Below are positions 9,673-19,537 of a stretch of DNA of 64,000 nt, one piece after another. The notes beneath the pieces were generated by a model that was given only the letters and a program-made list of their open reading frames with translations, did no database searches and was not told where the DNA came from. How positions within the stretch are numbered: the stretch's first letter is position 1; every line of letters begins with the position of its first letter. A program made the position numbers and the translations under genes. The stretch comes from Candidatus Omnitrophota bacterium (GTDB lineage: Bacteria; Omnitrophota; Gorgyraeia; Gygaellales; Profunditerraquicolaceae): contig JBAYMG010000001.1 of the NCBI GenBank assembly GCA_041663665.1, forward strand, positions 1,482-65,481. The letters are read 5' to 3'.

Positions 9673-10539
9673 ATGAAAGGAATTATCCTTGCAGGTGGTA
9701 AAGCTACGCGGCTTTATCCGATAACTAAAGGCGTCTGCAAACAGATGCTGCCGATTTATGATAAGCCGATGATTTATTATCCTTTGTCGGTTTTAATGCT
9801 GGCGGGAATTAAAGATATTCTGGTTATCTCAACTTCAAAAGATGTTCCAAGGTTTAAGGATTTACTGGGTGATGGTGCAAGCATAGGGATTAAGCTTTCA
9901 TATGCGATTCAGCCTGAGCCCAAAGGGATAGCTCAGAGTTTTATTATCGCTGAGGATTTTATCGGCAAAGACAGTGTCAGTCTTATTTTGGGGGACAATA
10001 TTTTTTACGGTTTTAATTTAAGCGAGCTACTACAACGTTGCGCTAAACTCAAAAACGGAGCAGCGATCTTTGGTTATTATGTAAAAGATCCTCACCGGTA
10101 TGGTGTGTTAGCATTTGATAAAAAGTGTAAAGTAACTTCAATTGAAGAAAAGCCTTTGAAACCAAAATCTAATTGGGTGGCTTCCGGGTTATATTTTTAC
10201 GATAACAATGTGGTTAAAATTGCTAAAAATATTAAGCCTTCTAAACGAGGGGAGCTTGAAATTACGGGTGTGAATAATGAATATATTAAAAAAGGTAAAC
10301 TTCACGCAGAGTTTCTTGGCCGCGGGTATGCCTGGCTTGATACCGGTACTTATGAGTCGTTGATTGACGCTTCAATCTTTATTAAGACAATTGAGGCGCG
10401 GCAAGGGCTAAAGATTGGTTGTATTGAAGAAGTGGCTTATCGTATGGGGTATATTAATAGCAAACAATTGCTTAAGCTAGCTTCTGCTATACCGACTAGT
10501 TATGGCGAATATTTAAAGGATTTGCTTAAAAATGAATAA
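9673..10539 (+). CDS. rmlA: glucose-1-phosphate thymidylyltransferase
   Basis: [44 protein letters not shown] is near-canonical for RmlA. Confidence 0.9.
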   Translation: MKGIILAGGKATRLYPITKGVCKQMLPIYDKPMIYYPLSVLMLAGIKDILVISTSKDVPRFKDLLGDGASIGIKLSYAIQPEPKGIAQSFIIAEDFIGKDSVSLILGDNIFYGFNLSELLQRCAKLKNGAAIFGYYVKDPHRYGVLAFDKKCKVTSIEEKPLKPKSNWVASGLYFYDNNVVKIAKNIKPSKRGELEITGVNNEYIKKGKLHAEFLGRGYAWLDTGTYESLIDASIFIKTIEARQGLKIGCIEEVAYRMGYINSKQLLKLASAIPTSYGEYLKDLLKNE

Positions 10540-11353
10540 AAATATCTTAATTCTGGGGAAAGGTTTTATTGGCCAGCGCCTGCAAAAAGAGTTTGGCTGT
10601 AAAATAGACGGCTCCTTGATAAATTGTTTTACGGACGCCTGGAAACTGGTTAAAAAATATAACCCTAAAATAATTATTAATTGCATCGGTACGACCGGTA
10701 AAAACAATGTTGACGGATGTGAACTGGAAAAGGATGCAACCTTGTTAGCGAACAGTTTTATTCCGGTCATATTAGCTGAGGCGGCCCTGCGCAATGATAT
10801 TAAGTTGGTACATATTTCAAGTGGTTGTATTTTTAATTTTGATTATAAAAAAGATAAACCGATTGAAGAATCCGGCCAGGATTATTTTTTTAAGTTGTTT
10901 TATAGCCGGAGCAAGATTTATTCTGAAAGAGCGCTTGAAGTATTGGCAAGAGACTATAATATTTTAATCGCCAGGATTAGAATTCCTTTGCTTAATGCCA
11001 AGCATCCTAAAAATGTCCTGGATAAACTTCTTAAATATAAAAAGGTTATTGATTTGCCTAATTCTGTAACCTATATTCCTGATTTCATCCAGGCAATCAA
11101 GCATTTGATAAAAATTGACGCCCGCGGAATTTATAACGTGGTCAATAGGGGCGGTTTGCGTTATCCTGAACTTATGAATATCTATCAGAAGTATGTTCCG
11201 GAATTTAAATATAAAGTTATTGATTTGGCCGAGATTGGTTTAGAGAGGACTAATTTGCTTTTGTCGACCAGTAAACTTGAGAAATCTGGTTTTAAAGTCA
11301 GGAATATTAACTCGGTGCTTGAAGAATGCGTAAAAGAATACCTAAAATCCTAG
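10532..11353 (+). CDS. rmlD: dTDP-4-dehydrorhamnose reductase (SDR fold)
   Basis: 273-aa Rossmann protein ([13 protein letters not shown]) sitting between rmlA and rmlB, with a C-terminal substrate-binding half like RmlD. Confidence 0.65.
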   Translation: MNKNILILGKGFIGQRLQKEFGCKIDGSLINCFTDAWKLVKKYNPKIIINCIGTTGKNNVDGCELEKDATLLANSFIPVILAEAALRNDIKLVHISSGCIFNFDYKKDKPIEESGQDYFFKLFYSRSKIYSERALEVLARDYNILIARIRIPLLNAKHPKNVLDKLLKYKKVIDLPNSVTYIPDFIQAIKHLIKIDARGIYNVVNRGGLRYPELMNIYQKYVPEFKYKVIDLAEIGLERTNLLLSTSKLEKSGFKVRNINSVLEECVKEYLKS

Positions 11354-12348
11354 TCACCGGGGGCGCAGGTTTTATCGGCAGTGCTTTTCTTCGCCAGCTA
11401 ATAAATCCGGGACGCTCCTATTTGTTTTCTAAAACAAATAGGAGCGTCCCCGTTTTAATTGATTGCCTTACATATGCAGGGGATCTTAAGCGCCTTGAAG
11501 AAGTAAAAGGCAAATTTAAATTCTATAAAACCGATATCTGCGATAAGAAGAAAATCGAATCAATTTTTGCCAAAGAGAAGCCAGATATTGTAGTTCACTT
11601 TGCCGCTGAAAGCCATGTTGACCGCAGCATTAATGATGCCACGCCGTTTATTGAAACTAATATTAAGGGGACGCAAATTCTTATTGATGCCAGCCGTAAA
11701 TATCATGTAAATAGATTTATTTATATTTCTACTGATGAGGTTTACGGGGAAATAGCTAATGGTAAATTTAATGAAAATTCTCCGATAAGGCCTAACAGCC
11801 CTTACGCAGCTTCTAAAGCCTCAGCCGATCTTTTGGTCCAGTCATATATTCGTACTTATCAATTTCCGGCAATAATTATCCGGCCGTCGAATAATTATGG
11901 GCCTTGGCAGTATCCTGAAAAATTAATTCCATTAGCTATTCTTAAAATATTAAGCGGTGAGAAAGTTCCGGTTTATGGTAAAGGTCTAAACGTGCGCGAA
12001 TGGCTTTATGTTGATGATTGCGTACAGGGTATCATGGCGATTATGCACAAGGGTAAAATCGGAGAGACGTATAATTTAGGCAGCGCTTGCGAGAGTAAAA
12101 ATATTGATACAATAAAATTACTGTTAAAAACTCTGGAAGCCGGACAGGATAGATTTGAGTTTGTTAAGGATCGTTTAGGCCACGATATAAGATATAGCCT
12201 TAACTTTAAAAAAACTACCAGGGATCTTGGCTGGAAGCCGAATATTAAGCTTGCGCAAGGCCTAAAGCTTACCGTAGATTGGTCGCTTAAGCATCAGGAT
12301 TGGCTTAAGAGTAAATTGGGTGAGATAAATAAACTTTATATAAAGTAG
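11326..12348 (+). CDS. rmlB: dTDP-glucose 4,6-dehydratase carrying an in-frame palindromic insertion
   Basis: TGGAGFIGS...DCLTYAG...HFAAESHVDRS...YAASKASADLL are canonical RmlB motifs. An extra ~15 aa (PGRSYLFSKTNRSVP) is encoded by the palindrome at 11409-11450. Confidence 0.9.
   Translation: MRKRIPKILVTGGAGFIGSAFLRQLINPGRSYLFSKTNRSVPVLIDCLTYAGDLKRLEEVKGKFKFYKTDICDKKKIESIFAKEKPDIVVHFAAESHVDRSINDATPFIETNIKGTQILIDASRKYHVNRFIYISTDEVYGEIANGKFNENSPIRPNSPYAASKASADLLVQSYIRTYQFPAIIIRPSNNYGPWQYPEKLIPLAILKILSGEKVPVYGKGLNVREWLYVDDCVQGIMAIMHKGKIGETYNLGSACESKNIDTIKLLLKTLEAGQDRFEFVKDRLGHDIRYSLNFKKTTRDLGWKPNIKLAQGLKLTVDWSLKHQDWLKSKLGEINKLYIK
11409..11450. repeat. Palindromic element copy 2 (GGGACGCTCCTATTTG-loop-CAAATAGGAGCGTCCC), located inside the rmlB reading frame without breaking it
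   Basis: 16-nt perfect arms with a 10-nt loop. The arms are identical to the copy after rpsA. Confidence 0.75.
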
Positions 12349-12364
12349 CGCGTTTTTTGGTTTA

Positions 12365-12420
12365 CTATATTTCTTCTGTAATTATTAGTTATTAAAAGGG
12401 TTACGTACACTGTCTACACT
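12365..12420 (+). repeat. ~60-bp IS-end-like repeat, solo copy D, ending 9 nt before the 12429 start codon
   Basis: ATTTCTTCTGTAATTATTAG...GGGTTACGTACACTGTCTACACT. Confidence 0.55.
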
Positions 12421-12428
12421 ACAAACAT

Positions 12429-13478
12429 ATGGCGATTGTGATTGTTACAGGTTCTTGCGGATTGGTTGGTTCAGAAACAGTTAGTTTCTTCGCGCAAAAA
12501 GGGTTTGATATCGTCGGTATTGATAACAATATGCGCCAAAGTTTTTTCGGCGCAGACGGCTCAACCTTTTGGAATCAAAAACGCCTTCAGAAACTGTACA
12601 AGAATTATCATCATTATTCCGTAGATATCCGCAATCAAAGTAAAATAAATTCCATATTTAAAAAATATAACAAAGACATAGCTTTGGTGGTGCATGCTGC
12701 TGCTCAGCCGTCTCATGATTGGGCGGCCAAAGACCCAGTAGTTGATTTTACCGTTAATGCCCAGGGTACATTAATTATGCTGGAAGCTTTTCGCCAATTT
12801 TGTCCTCAAGCCGTTTTTATTTTTACTTCAACCAATAAAGTTTACGGTGATACTCCTAATCGACTGCCGCTAGTTGAACAAGAAAAACGTTTTGAGATTT
12901 CTCCAGATCATCAATATGGTAAGGGTATAGACGAAGCAATGAGTATTGATCATTCTTTGCATTCAGTTTTTGGCGCTTCCAAGGCTGCTGCAGATATTAT
13001 GACTCAGGAATACGGAAAGTATTTTCATCTGCGTACCGGGATTTTCCGCGGCGGCTGTTTAACCGGGCCGGCGCATTCCGGAGCTGAGCTGCATGGATTT
13101 TTATCTTATTTTATCAAATGCGTGATTACCGGGCGCAAATATGTAATTTACGGCTATAAAGGCAAGCAGGTGCGCGACAATATTCATTCTTATGATTTGG
13201 TTAATGCCTTTTATCATTTTTTTAAATCACCGCGTTGCGGCGAAGTTTACAACATAGGCGGCGGCAGATTTGCTAATATTTCTATTTTAGAAGCAATTGA
13301 ACTTTGCCAGAAAATAACCGGCAAGAAACTAAATTTTGAATATATTGAAAGAAATCGCATTGGCGATCATATTTGGTGGATTTCAGATGTTTCTAAATTC
13401 AGGTCCCATTATCCTGATTGGAATTACAAATTTGGCATAGAGGAGACAATTAAACAGATATTTGATGCACAAGCATAA
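12429..13478 (+). CDS. NAD-dependent CDP-sugar epimerase (CDP-paratose/tyvelose 2-epimerase family, RfbE-like)
   Basis: Extended SDR protein whose motifs [11 protein letters not shown], DNxxRxxFFGxDG, [10 protein letters not shown] and [12 protein letters not shown] match the paratose-epimerase family. Confidence 0.6.
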   Translation: MAIVIVTGSCGLVGSETVSFFAQKGFDIVGIDNNMRQSFFGADGSTFWNQKRLQKLYKNYHHYSVDIRNQSKINSIFKKYNKDIALVVHAAAQPSHDWAAKDPVVDFTVNAQGTLIMLEAFRQFCPQAVFIFTSTNKVYGDTPNRLPLVEQEKRFEISPDHQYGKGIDEAMSIDHSLHSVFGASKAAADIMTQEYGKYFHLRTGIFRGGCLTGPAHSGAELHGFLSYFIKCVITGRKYVIYGYKGKQVRDNIHSYDLVNAFYHFFKSPRCGEVYNIGGGRFANISILEAIELCQKITGKKLNFEYIERNRIGDHIWWISDVSKFRSHYPDWNYKFGIEETIKQIFDAQA

Positions 13479-13484
13479 TTTATA

Positions 13485-13559
13485 AATAGGAGCGTCCCCA
13501 GATTATAATTGCGCGGTGGGGATAATTGGAAGGTTACAGAAATAAATAGAAACGTCCCC
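13485..13559. repeat. Two degenerate right-arm half-copies of the palindromic element (AAATAGGAGCGTCCCC and AAATAGAAACGTCCCC)
   Basis: Direct sequence match to the right arm of the 6648 and 11409 copies. No left arms are present. Confidence 0.5.
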
Positions 13560-13574
13560 GCAGGGAGGTAGCGT

Positions 13575-14428
13575 ATGAAAAATAAAATTCTTGAAATAAC
13601 GTCCAGGGGTGAAATTGTCATCTATAGGGCTAAAAACAAAAAATACAGCTTGAGGTTAAACTGGAGCATGAGACTGTTTGGCTAACCCAAAAACAAATGG
13701 CTGATTTGTTTACTAAGAACATCCGAACAGTTAACGAACATATACAGAACGTATTTAAAGAAGTGGAGTTAAAGAAAAGTTCAGTTATCCGGAATTTCCG
13801 GATAACTGCCGCTGATGGTAAAAGTTATGAAACCAATTTTTATAATCTTGATGTAGTAATTTCGGTAGGTTATCGTATCAAATCTCAGAATGGCACTCGG
13901 TTTCGTATTTGGGCAACAAATGTTCTTAAACAGCATCTAATTGATGGATATACATTAAATGAGAAACGCCTAAAAGAACAAGCTCAAAAACTTCAGGCCT
14001 TACAGCGAGCAGTGAAGTTAATTAGCAGTATGAAAGATCGCAAGCAACTTGAATATAAAGAAGCTATGGGGTTGCTTGAAGTTATCAGCGACTACAATTA
14101 CGCGCTTGGATTGTTGGATGATTATGATTATAAGCGGCTCAAAATAAGCCAAATCTCTAAAAAGGAAAGGTTTATCTTAAGCTACAAGTTTGCAATAGAA
14201 GCCGTTAATAAGCTTAAAGAAAGAATTAGTAGTTCAAATCTTTTTGGTGTAGAGCGCGATAAATCATTTAAAAGTTCTGTATCCTCAATTTATCAAACAT
14301 TTGACGCAAAGGAATTATACCCAAGCATTGAAGAAAAAGCGGCGAATCTCCTTTATTTTATTTCAAAAATCATTCATTCGTTGATGGCAATAAGCGAATT
14401 GCAGCCTCGATATTTATATGGTTTTTAG
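13575..14428 (+). pseudogene. rhuM: RhuM-family (virulence/DNA-binding) gene with a frameshift in its N-terminal region; the intact ORF begins at 13697
   Basis: The ORF from 13697 carries the RhuM N-domain (ETVWLTQKQMADLF...IRNFRITAADGKSYETNFYNLDVVISVGYRIKSQNGTRFRIWATNVL). The expected first ~25 aa (MKNKILEITSRGEIVIYRAKNKK) lie in another frame, and the switch is at the A-rich tract at 13632-13643. Confidence 0.5.
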
Positions 14429-14629
14429 AGAAAAATGGTATCTTGCATAAGGAAGACGGCTCAAAGGGGATTGCCGATAATGCTTTAGTTGCTCTGATTT
14501 TAATGATTGCAGAAAGCAAGTCCAGCGAGCGAGAGATCATTGTTACACTGGTTGTGAATTTAATAAATAGAAATAATTGAAGTTAATCGAATAAGCTTTA
14601 ATTGTTTTGTTGATAACTGGTAGCGGATA

Positions 14630-14688
14630 GTAGTATTTCTTTTGTAACTGTTTAGATTCAATTAGGTTGCGTACACTGTCTATTAAGC
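14630..14688 (+). repeat. ~60-bp IS-end-like repeat, solo copy C, ending 2 nt before the ATG at 14691
   Basis: ATTTCTTTTGTAACTG...GGTTGCGTACACTGTCTATTA. Confidence 0.55.
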
Positions 14689-14690
14689 CT

Positions 14691-15437
14691 ATGATTAAGC
14701 CAAAGAAAACCCTGCATAAACGTTTTATCGCCGCAGAATCTGACACCCTCGTAATTGAAACAATCCAAACTGAAAGTTTAACTAATCACCAGAGTTTAAG
14801 AATACTCAAGCTTAAAGGCACTTGGCATGCCAATGAATATAACGAACTTGTATTTGAAGCCATTTTGCGTAAAGGGCCTCCGGAAAATTATACTTTTAAA
14901 GGAAGTTGGAAATTAAACGATAACCAGCAAATTGAATATGCTTCCGTCGATGGTCTGGATACTTTAACTTTCAAAGGTTATTGGCAACTGCGTTCAGAAG
15001 ATCGCTTAGTCTATATTTTCGAAGGTAATTCAGATTCGCGTTTTGAATTTAAGGTCCAGCTTGAATCTTCCACGCTTTATCCTAAGAAAGGCCAGATTCG
15101 TTATCGCATTGGCGTAGGTATGCGCCAAAACCGTTTGAAGTCAGCTGCTCAGGTAATTATTTTATATGGAGAATGGAAGTTTGGCCGCAATTTAGGGTTA
15201 TCTTTCCAAATGGATTATGGCCAGGGAGTAATCAAGTCGATTGAGTTTCAAGCAGTGGTGACCTTTGGCAGGAATAAAGTTATTTTTGCGCTTAAAGATG
15301 AGGTAGGCAAGCCTTTGGGAATAACTTTAACTATGACCTATAAATTTCTAAAGTCTTCTGATGCTGAAGTATTTATCAGGCTTAAATCCCGCAGAAATCA
15401 ACAAAGCATTGAGGCCGGAATAAGCATTCCATTTTAG
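14691..15437 (+). CDS. hypothetical beta-repeat protein (about four units of KG-x-W-x-L...L-x-F)
   Basis: Internal repeats KGTWHANEYNELVFEA, KGSWKLNDNQQIEYAS, KGYWQLRSEDRLVYIF and YGEWKFGRNLGLSFQM. No signal peptide. I use the ATG at 14691; the tracker's 14667 start is a TTG inside the repeat. Confidence 0.45.
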   Translation: MIKPKKTLHKRFIAAESDTLVIETIQTESLTNHQSLRILKLKGTWHANEYNELVFEAILRKGPPENYTFKGSWKLNDNQQIEYASVDGLDTLTFKGYWQLRSEDRLVYIFEGNSDSRFEFKVQLESSTLYPKKGQIRYRIGVGMRQNRLKSAAQVIILYGEWKFGRNLGLSFQMDYGQGVIKSIEFQAVVTFGRNKVIFALKDEVGKPLGITLTMTYKFLKSSDAEVFIRLKSRRNQQSIEAGISIPF

Positions 15438-15446
15438 GGAGAATAA

Positions 15447-16196
15447 ATGAAAAACAAAAAATTTGATTATAGTTATGGTTGGGTTCCGGATGCTCCGGAC
15501 CAGAGGGATTTTCTGTACAAAGCGATTAAGCCTAAAGTGCGGTTAAAGAGGGAGGTAGATTTGAGCAATATTTGCTCGGCTGTTGAGCAGCAGGGCAGGC
15601 TTGGCAGCTGTACGGCACAAGCTTTGGCGGGGAATTTAGAATTTCTAGATAATAAGCTAGACGGTGGATATACGGATGTCAGCCGGTTGTTTATTTATTA
15701 TAATGAACGCATGTTGGCAGATACAATGGAGTATGATTCAGGTGCATCTTTACGCGATGGTATTAAAACGCTAAAAAATAACGGAGCTTGTGCTGAAAAG
15801 CTCTGGCCATATGTAATAAAGCGGTTTGATCAGGTGCCTCCGCTAAATTGCTACAAAGAGGCAAGGGAGCATAGGATTGTTTCCTATCATCGGCTTAAGG
15901 GGGTTCCAGAATTGTTAGCATGTCTGACTGAGGGGTATCCATTTGTATTTGGTTTTACAGTTTATGAAAGCTTTGGAAACGCTAAGGTAACCAAGACTGG
16001 AGTGGCCGAGATGCCTAAAAAGAATGAGCGCGTTGTTGGAGGGCATGCAGTAATGGCGGCAGGATATTCTCAAAAAGAGGAGCGATTTCTAGTGCGTAAT
16101 TCCTGGGGAAAAAAATGGGGTATGGAAGGTTATTTTACCATGCCGTTTAAGTACATAGAGACGCTGGCATCTGATTTTTGGACGATACGAAAATAA
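15447..16196 (+). CDS. papain-like cysteine peptidase (C1A family) without signal peptide or propeptide
   Basis: Catalytic triad contexts are present: QGRLGSCTAQAL (Cys), VGGHAVMAAGY (His) and NSWGKKWGMEGYF (Asn/Trp). Confidence 0.7.
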   Translation: MKNKKFDYSYGWVPDAPDQRDFLYKAIKPKVRLKREVDLSNICSAVEQQGRLGSCTAQALAGNLEFLDNKLDGGYTDVSRLFIYYNERMLADTMEYDSGASLRDGIKTLKNNGACAEKLWPYVIKRFDQVPPLNCYKEAREHRIVSYHRLKGVPELLACLTEGYPFVFGFTVYESFGNAKVTKTGVAEMPKKNERVVGGHAVMAAGYSQKEERFLVRNSWGKKWGMEGYFTMPFKYIETLASDFWTIRK

Positions 16197-16310
16197 ATTA
16201 AAACCCTTAAAAAACTTGTTTTTTTCCGTATAATGAGCTAAAATATTATTTCATGCTTAAGTGGTTATTTTTGATGGAGTTAGCAACATTATGCATACGG
16301 AGAAAACAAA

Positions 16311-17138
16311 ATGAAGGATACCAATATGAACCAATTAAATCAGCAAAATTGTGAAGAAATAGAGATCGATTTAAGGGAATATATAAATGTAATTATTAAG
16401 CACAAAGCTATAATTATAACCACATTCTTCTTATCAATTATTGTTGCTTTTATTCTTAGTTTTTTAAGCCCAAAAGTTTTCGAAACGCATGCCATTATAA
16501 GGCTTGGCAGCATTTCTACAGTATTAATCTCAAAACCTAATGCAATGGCAGAATTGCAGGGCCAAGGATTAATGAATTTAGTCTTGAAGGAAAACAATTT
16601 AAATAATGATAAGGGAGAATTTAGCTCAAAAAAAATATTAAAAGTAGAGGATACTAAAGATACAGAATTTCTTAAAATTACAGTAAGAAATTCTAGTCCT
16701 ATCTTATCCGAGACTATTTGTAATGCCATCGCCAGTAAGTTTGTTTCCGAAAAGAAAGAATTATTTAAGAAGAATATTTTATTTCTAAATGAGCAAATTA
16801 ATGAATTCCAAAAAAGATATCAAATAGTTGTAACCGAGATAGATAATTTTAATAAGAAAATATTAGATTTTACAGTGAATCCCAACTATCCTTTACTTCA
16901 GAATACTATAACTAATTATGAAAGTATTTGTTTTAGTTTAAGAGAAAGAGTCTTCTCACTTAAAGAACAAGAACTTAAATCTCAAGATTTTGAAGTCTTT
17001 GAGCCTGCAGTTATTCCAGGATTTGCTATAAAGCCAAGTGTGCGTAAAAATGTTGCTGTAGCCGGAGCGATTGGGTTAATTTTTAGTTTGTTTTTGGTTT
17101 TTATTATTGAATATTGGAGAAAACTAAATCAAAAATGA
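16311..17138 (+). CDS. wzz: polysaccharide chain-length determinant (Wzz/PCP family)
   Basis: TM helices at the N- and C-termini bracket a coiled-coil-rich periplasmic domain. The 3' end overlaps gmd (ATGA). Confidence 0.6.
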   Translation: MKDTNMNQLNQQNCEEIEIDLREYINVIIKHKAIIITTFFLSIIVAFILSFLSPKVFETHAIIRLGSISTVLISKPNAMAELQGQGLMNLVLKENNLNNDKGEFSSKKILKVEDTKDTEFLKITVRNSSPILSETICNAIASKFVSEKKELFKKNILFLNEQINEFQKRYQIVVTEIDNFNKKILDFTVNPNYPLLQNTITNYESICFSLRERVFSLKEQELKSQDFEVFEPAVIPGFAIKPSVRKNVAVAGAIGLIFSLFLVFIIEYWRKLNQK

Positions 17139-18277
17139 AAAAAGCTCTCATTACCGGTATAACTGGCCAAGATGGCTCATATTTAGCAGAATTTTTACTT
17201 TCTAAAGGCTATGAAGTTCATGGGATAAGACGGCGTGCCAGTACTTTTAATACTGGGCGAATCGATCATATATATGTGGATCCTCATGATCCTAACGCCA
17301 AGCTTTTTCTTCATTTTGGTGATTTATCCGATGCCGAACAAATTAATGATTTAGTTTACAATATCAAGCCGGATGAAATTTATCATTTAGCTGCCCAGTC
17401 TCATGTGCGTGTGAGTTTTGATATTCCTGAATATACCGGTAATGTTACAGCTCTGGGTACTGTTCGTATTTTGGAAGCCATCCGTCGTAGCGGACACAAA
17501 ATAAAATTCTATCAAGCGTCCAGCAGTGAAATGTTTGGCGCAGCTCCTGCTTCGCAATCCGAAGCTACTGCTTTTCAACCACAAAGCCCGTATGCTTGCG
17601 CAAAAGTTTATGCCTATTGGATGGTAAAAAACTATCGCGAAGGTTATGGGCTTTTTGCTTGCAATGGCATTCTTTTTAATCATGAAAGCCCCCGCAGAGG
17701 TGAGACGTTCGTTACAAGAAAAATTACTCGTGGCCTGGCTGGTATAATTTCTGGTAAGCAAAAGAAACTTTATCTAGGTAACTTAGAGGCAAAACGCGAT
17801 TGGGGTTTTGCTCCAGAGTATGTCGAGATGATGTGGTTAATGCTTCAACAGAATAAACCCGATGATTATGTTGTTGGCACGGAGGAAACTCACTCGGTTA
17901 AGGAATTTGTTCAAAAAACTTTTGAATATGCAGGAATAAAAATCTCTTGGCAAGGTAAGGGTGTTGAAACCAGAGGGATTATTGAGTCTTTGAGTTTACA
18001 TCTGCAAAGATCTGCATTTTTAAAAAAAGGAGATACTGTCATTGAAGTTGATCAGCGATATTTTAGGCCTAATGAAGTAGATTGTTTGTGCGCAGATATC
18101 GCTAAAGCGAAAAAGCAGCTTCATTGGCAACCAAAAGTTAAATTTGATAGCCTGGTTAAAATTATGGTTGATTATGATTTAAGTGCTGCCGGGATTGAGC
18201 CCCCAGGTGAAGGGGTTAAAATTTATAAACAAAAAGAATTTAGTTTTTTATCAGAAGATTTTTGTGTTAAAGGGTAG
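17135..18277 (+). CDS. gmd: GDP-mannose 4,6-dehydratase
   Basis: [37 protein letters not shown] and [20 protein letters not shown] are canonical Gmd motifs. Confidence 0.9.
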   Translation: MKKALITGITGQDGSYLAEFLLSKGYEVHGIRRRASTFNTGRIDHIYVDPHDPNAKLFLHFGDLSDAEQINDLVYNIKPDEIYHLAAQSHVRVSFDIPEYTGNVTALGTVRILEAIRRSGHKIKFYQASSSEMFGAAPASQSEATAFQPQSPYACAKVYAYWMVKNYREGYGLFACNGILFNHESPRRGETFVTRKITRGLAGIISGKQKKLYLGNLEAKRDWGFAPEYVEMMWLMLQQNKPDDYVVGTEETHSVKEFVQKTFEYAGIKISWQGKGVETRGIIESLSLHLQRSAFLKKGDTVIEVDQRYFRPNEVDCLCADIAKAKKQLHWQPKVKFDSLVKIMVDYDLSAAGIEPPGEGVKIYKQKEFSFLSEDFCVKG

Positions 18278-18280
18278 CCA

Positions 18281-19537
18281 ATGTTTAAAGAAATTAAAAA
18301 ATGTCTAATCTGTGGTAATAAAAATTTAGTACCAATTCTTAATTTAGGCATGCAATCTTTAACAGGCGTGTTCCCAAAACGGAAAAATATGCTGGTTGAG
18401 CAAGGTCCATTGCAATTGGTAAAATGTGAAGAAGGTCGTAATGGAAAAAATTGTGGTTTAGTTCAGATGCGACATATTTATGATTCAAGGAATTTATATG
18501 GGGAAACATATGGGTACCGCTCGGGTCTAAATGATTCGATGGTTAAGCATTTACACCTTAAAGTAAAACGAATTTTAAAAAAAGTAAAACTGAGTCCTAG
18601 GGATGTTGTGATTGATATTGGTAGTAATGATAGTACCCTTTTACAGGGCTATTCTGGTAAAACTCTTAGACTTTTTGGTATAGATCCGCTTGGTGAGAAA
18701 ATGCGTAAATACTATCCTTCTCATATTCATTTGGTTGCAGATTTTTTTAATAAGAAAGTATTAGAGCAATACATTGGTTCTCAAAAAGCAAAGATTATTA
18801 CCTCTATATCAATGTTTTATGATTTGGCGGATCCACTTGCGTTTATGCAACAGGTTTATGAATTATTATCAGATAATGGCGTGTGGGTTTTTGAACAAAG
18901 CTATATGCCGACAATGCTTGCGATGAATTCATATGATACGGTTTGTCATGAACATTTGGAATACTACCGTTTAAAACAAATTAAGTGGATGACTGATCGG
19001 GTGGGATTTAAAATTATTGATGTGGAATTTAATAAGATTAATGGAGGCAGTTTCTCAGTGATGGTCGCTAAGCAGGGTTCTTCTTACTGTGAGGCCCAGG
19101 TTCTTGTATCGCGAATTTTAAAAACCGAAGAGAAGCTGGGATTAGATACGCTGGCACCGTATCGGGCTTTCCGGAAAAAAGTATCGCAGCATAAGAAAAA
19201 GTTTCAAATACAAATTCGGAAACTAAATAAAAGCGGAAAAAAAGTTTTTGGATATGGTGCTTCTACTAAAGGTAATGTTATTTTGCAGTACTGTGGTTTA
19301 AGGGAAAAGGATATTCCCTTTATTGCTGAAGTTAATGTAGATAAATTTGGTGCTTATGCTCCTGGTACTCGAATTCCGATTATTTCGGAGCAAGATGCAA
19401 AAGCTATGAAGCCGGATTACTTTGTAGTCTTGCCTTGGCATTTTAAGGATAATATAATTTTGCGCGAAAAAAGGTTCTTAAAGGAAGGCGGGAAACTATT
19501 GTTTCCTTTGCCGTACCAGGAAGTCGTGAAATCATGA
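18281..19537 (+). CDS. SAM-dependent sugar methyltransferase with N-terminal Zn-ribbon (TylC3/TcaB9-like C-methyltransferase architecture)
   Basis: N-terminal CLICGN...C Zn-ribbon followed by a class I methyltransferase core (VVIDIGSNDS) and a C-methyltransferase-like C-terminal domain. 418 aa. Confidence 0.5.
   Translation: MFKEIKKCLICGNKNLVPILNLGMQSLTGVFPKRKNMLVEQGPLQLVKCEEGRNGKNCGLVQMRHIYDSRNLYGETYGYRSGLNDSMVKHLHLKVKRILKKVKLSPRDVVIDIGSNDSTLLQGYSGKTLRLFGIDPLGEKMRKYYPSHIHLVADFFNKKVLEQYIGSQKAKIITSISMFYDLADPLAFMQQVYELLSDNGVWVFEQSYMPTMLAMNSYDTVCHEHLEYYRLKQIKWMTDRVGFKIIDVEFNKINGGSFSVMVAKQGSSYCEAQVLVSRILKTEEKLGLDTLAPYRAFRKKVSQHKKKFQIQIRKLNKSGKKVFGYGASTKGNVILQYCGLREKDIPFIAEVNVDKFGAYAPGTRIPIISEQDAKAMKPDYFVVLPWHFKDNIILREKRFLKEGGKLLFPLPYQEVVKS

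Noticed and set aside
12442-12624. 60-aa plus-strand ORF
   Set aside because: It is an alternative frame inside the CDP-sugar epimerase gene with no independent support.
16197-16310. Putative sigma70 promoter upstream of wzz (TATAAT at 16239-16244)
   Set aside because: The -10 hexamer is perfect but I found no -35 at acceptable spacing, so I did not list it as a feature.
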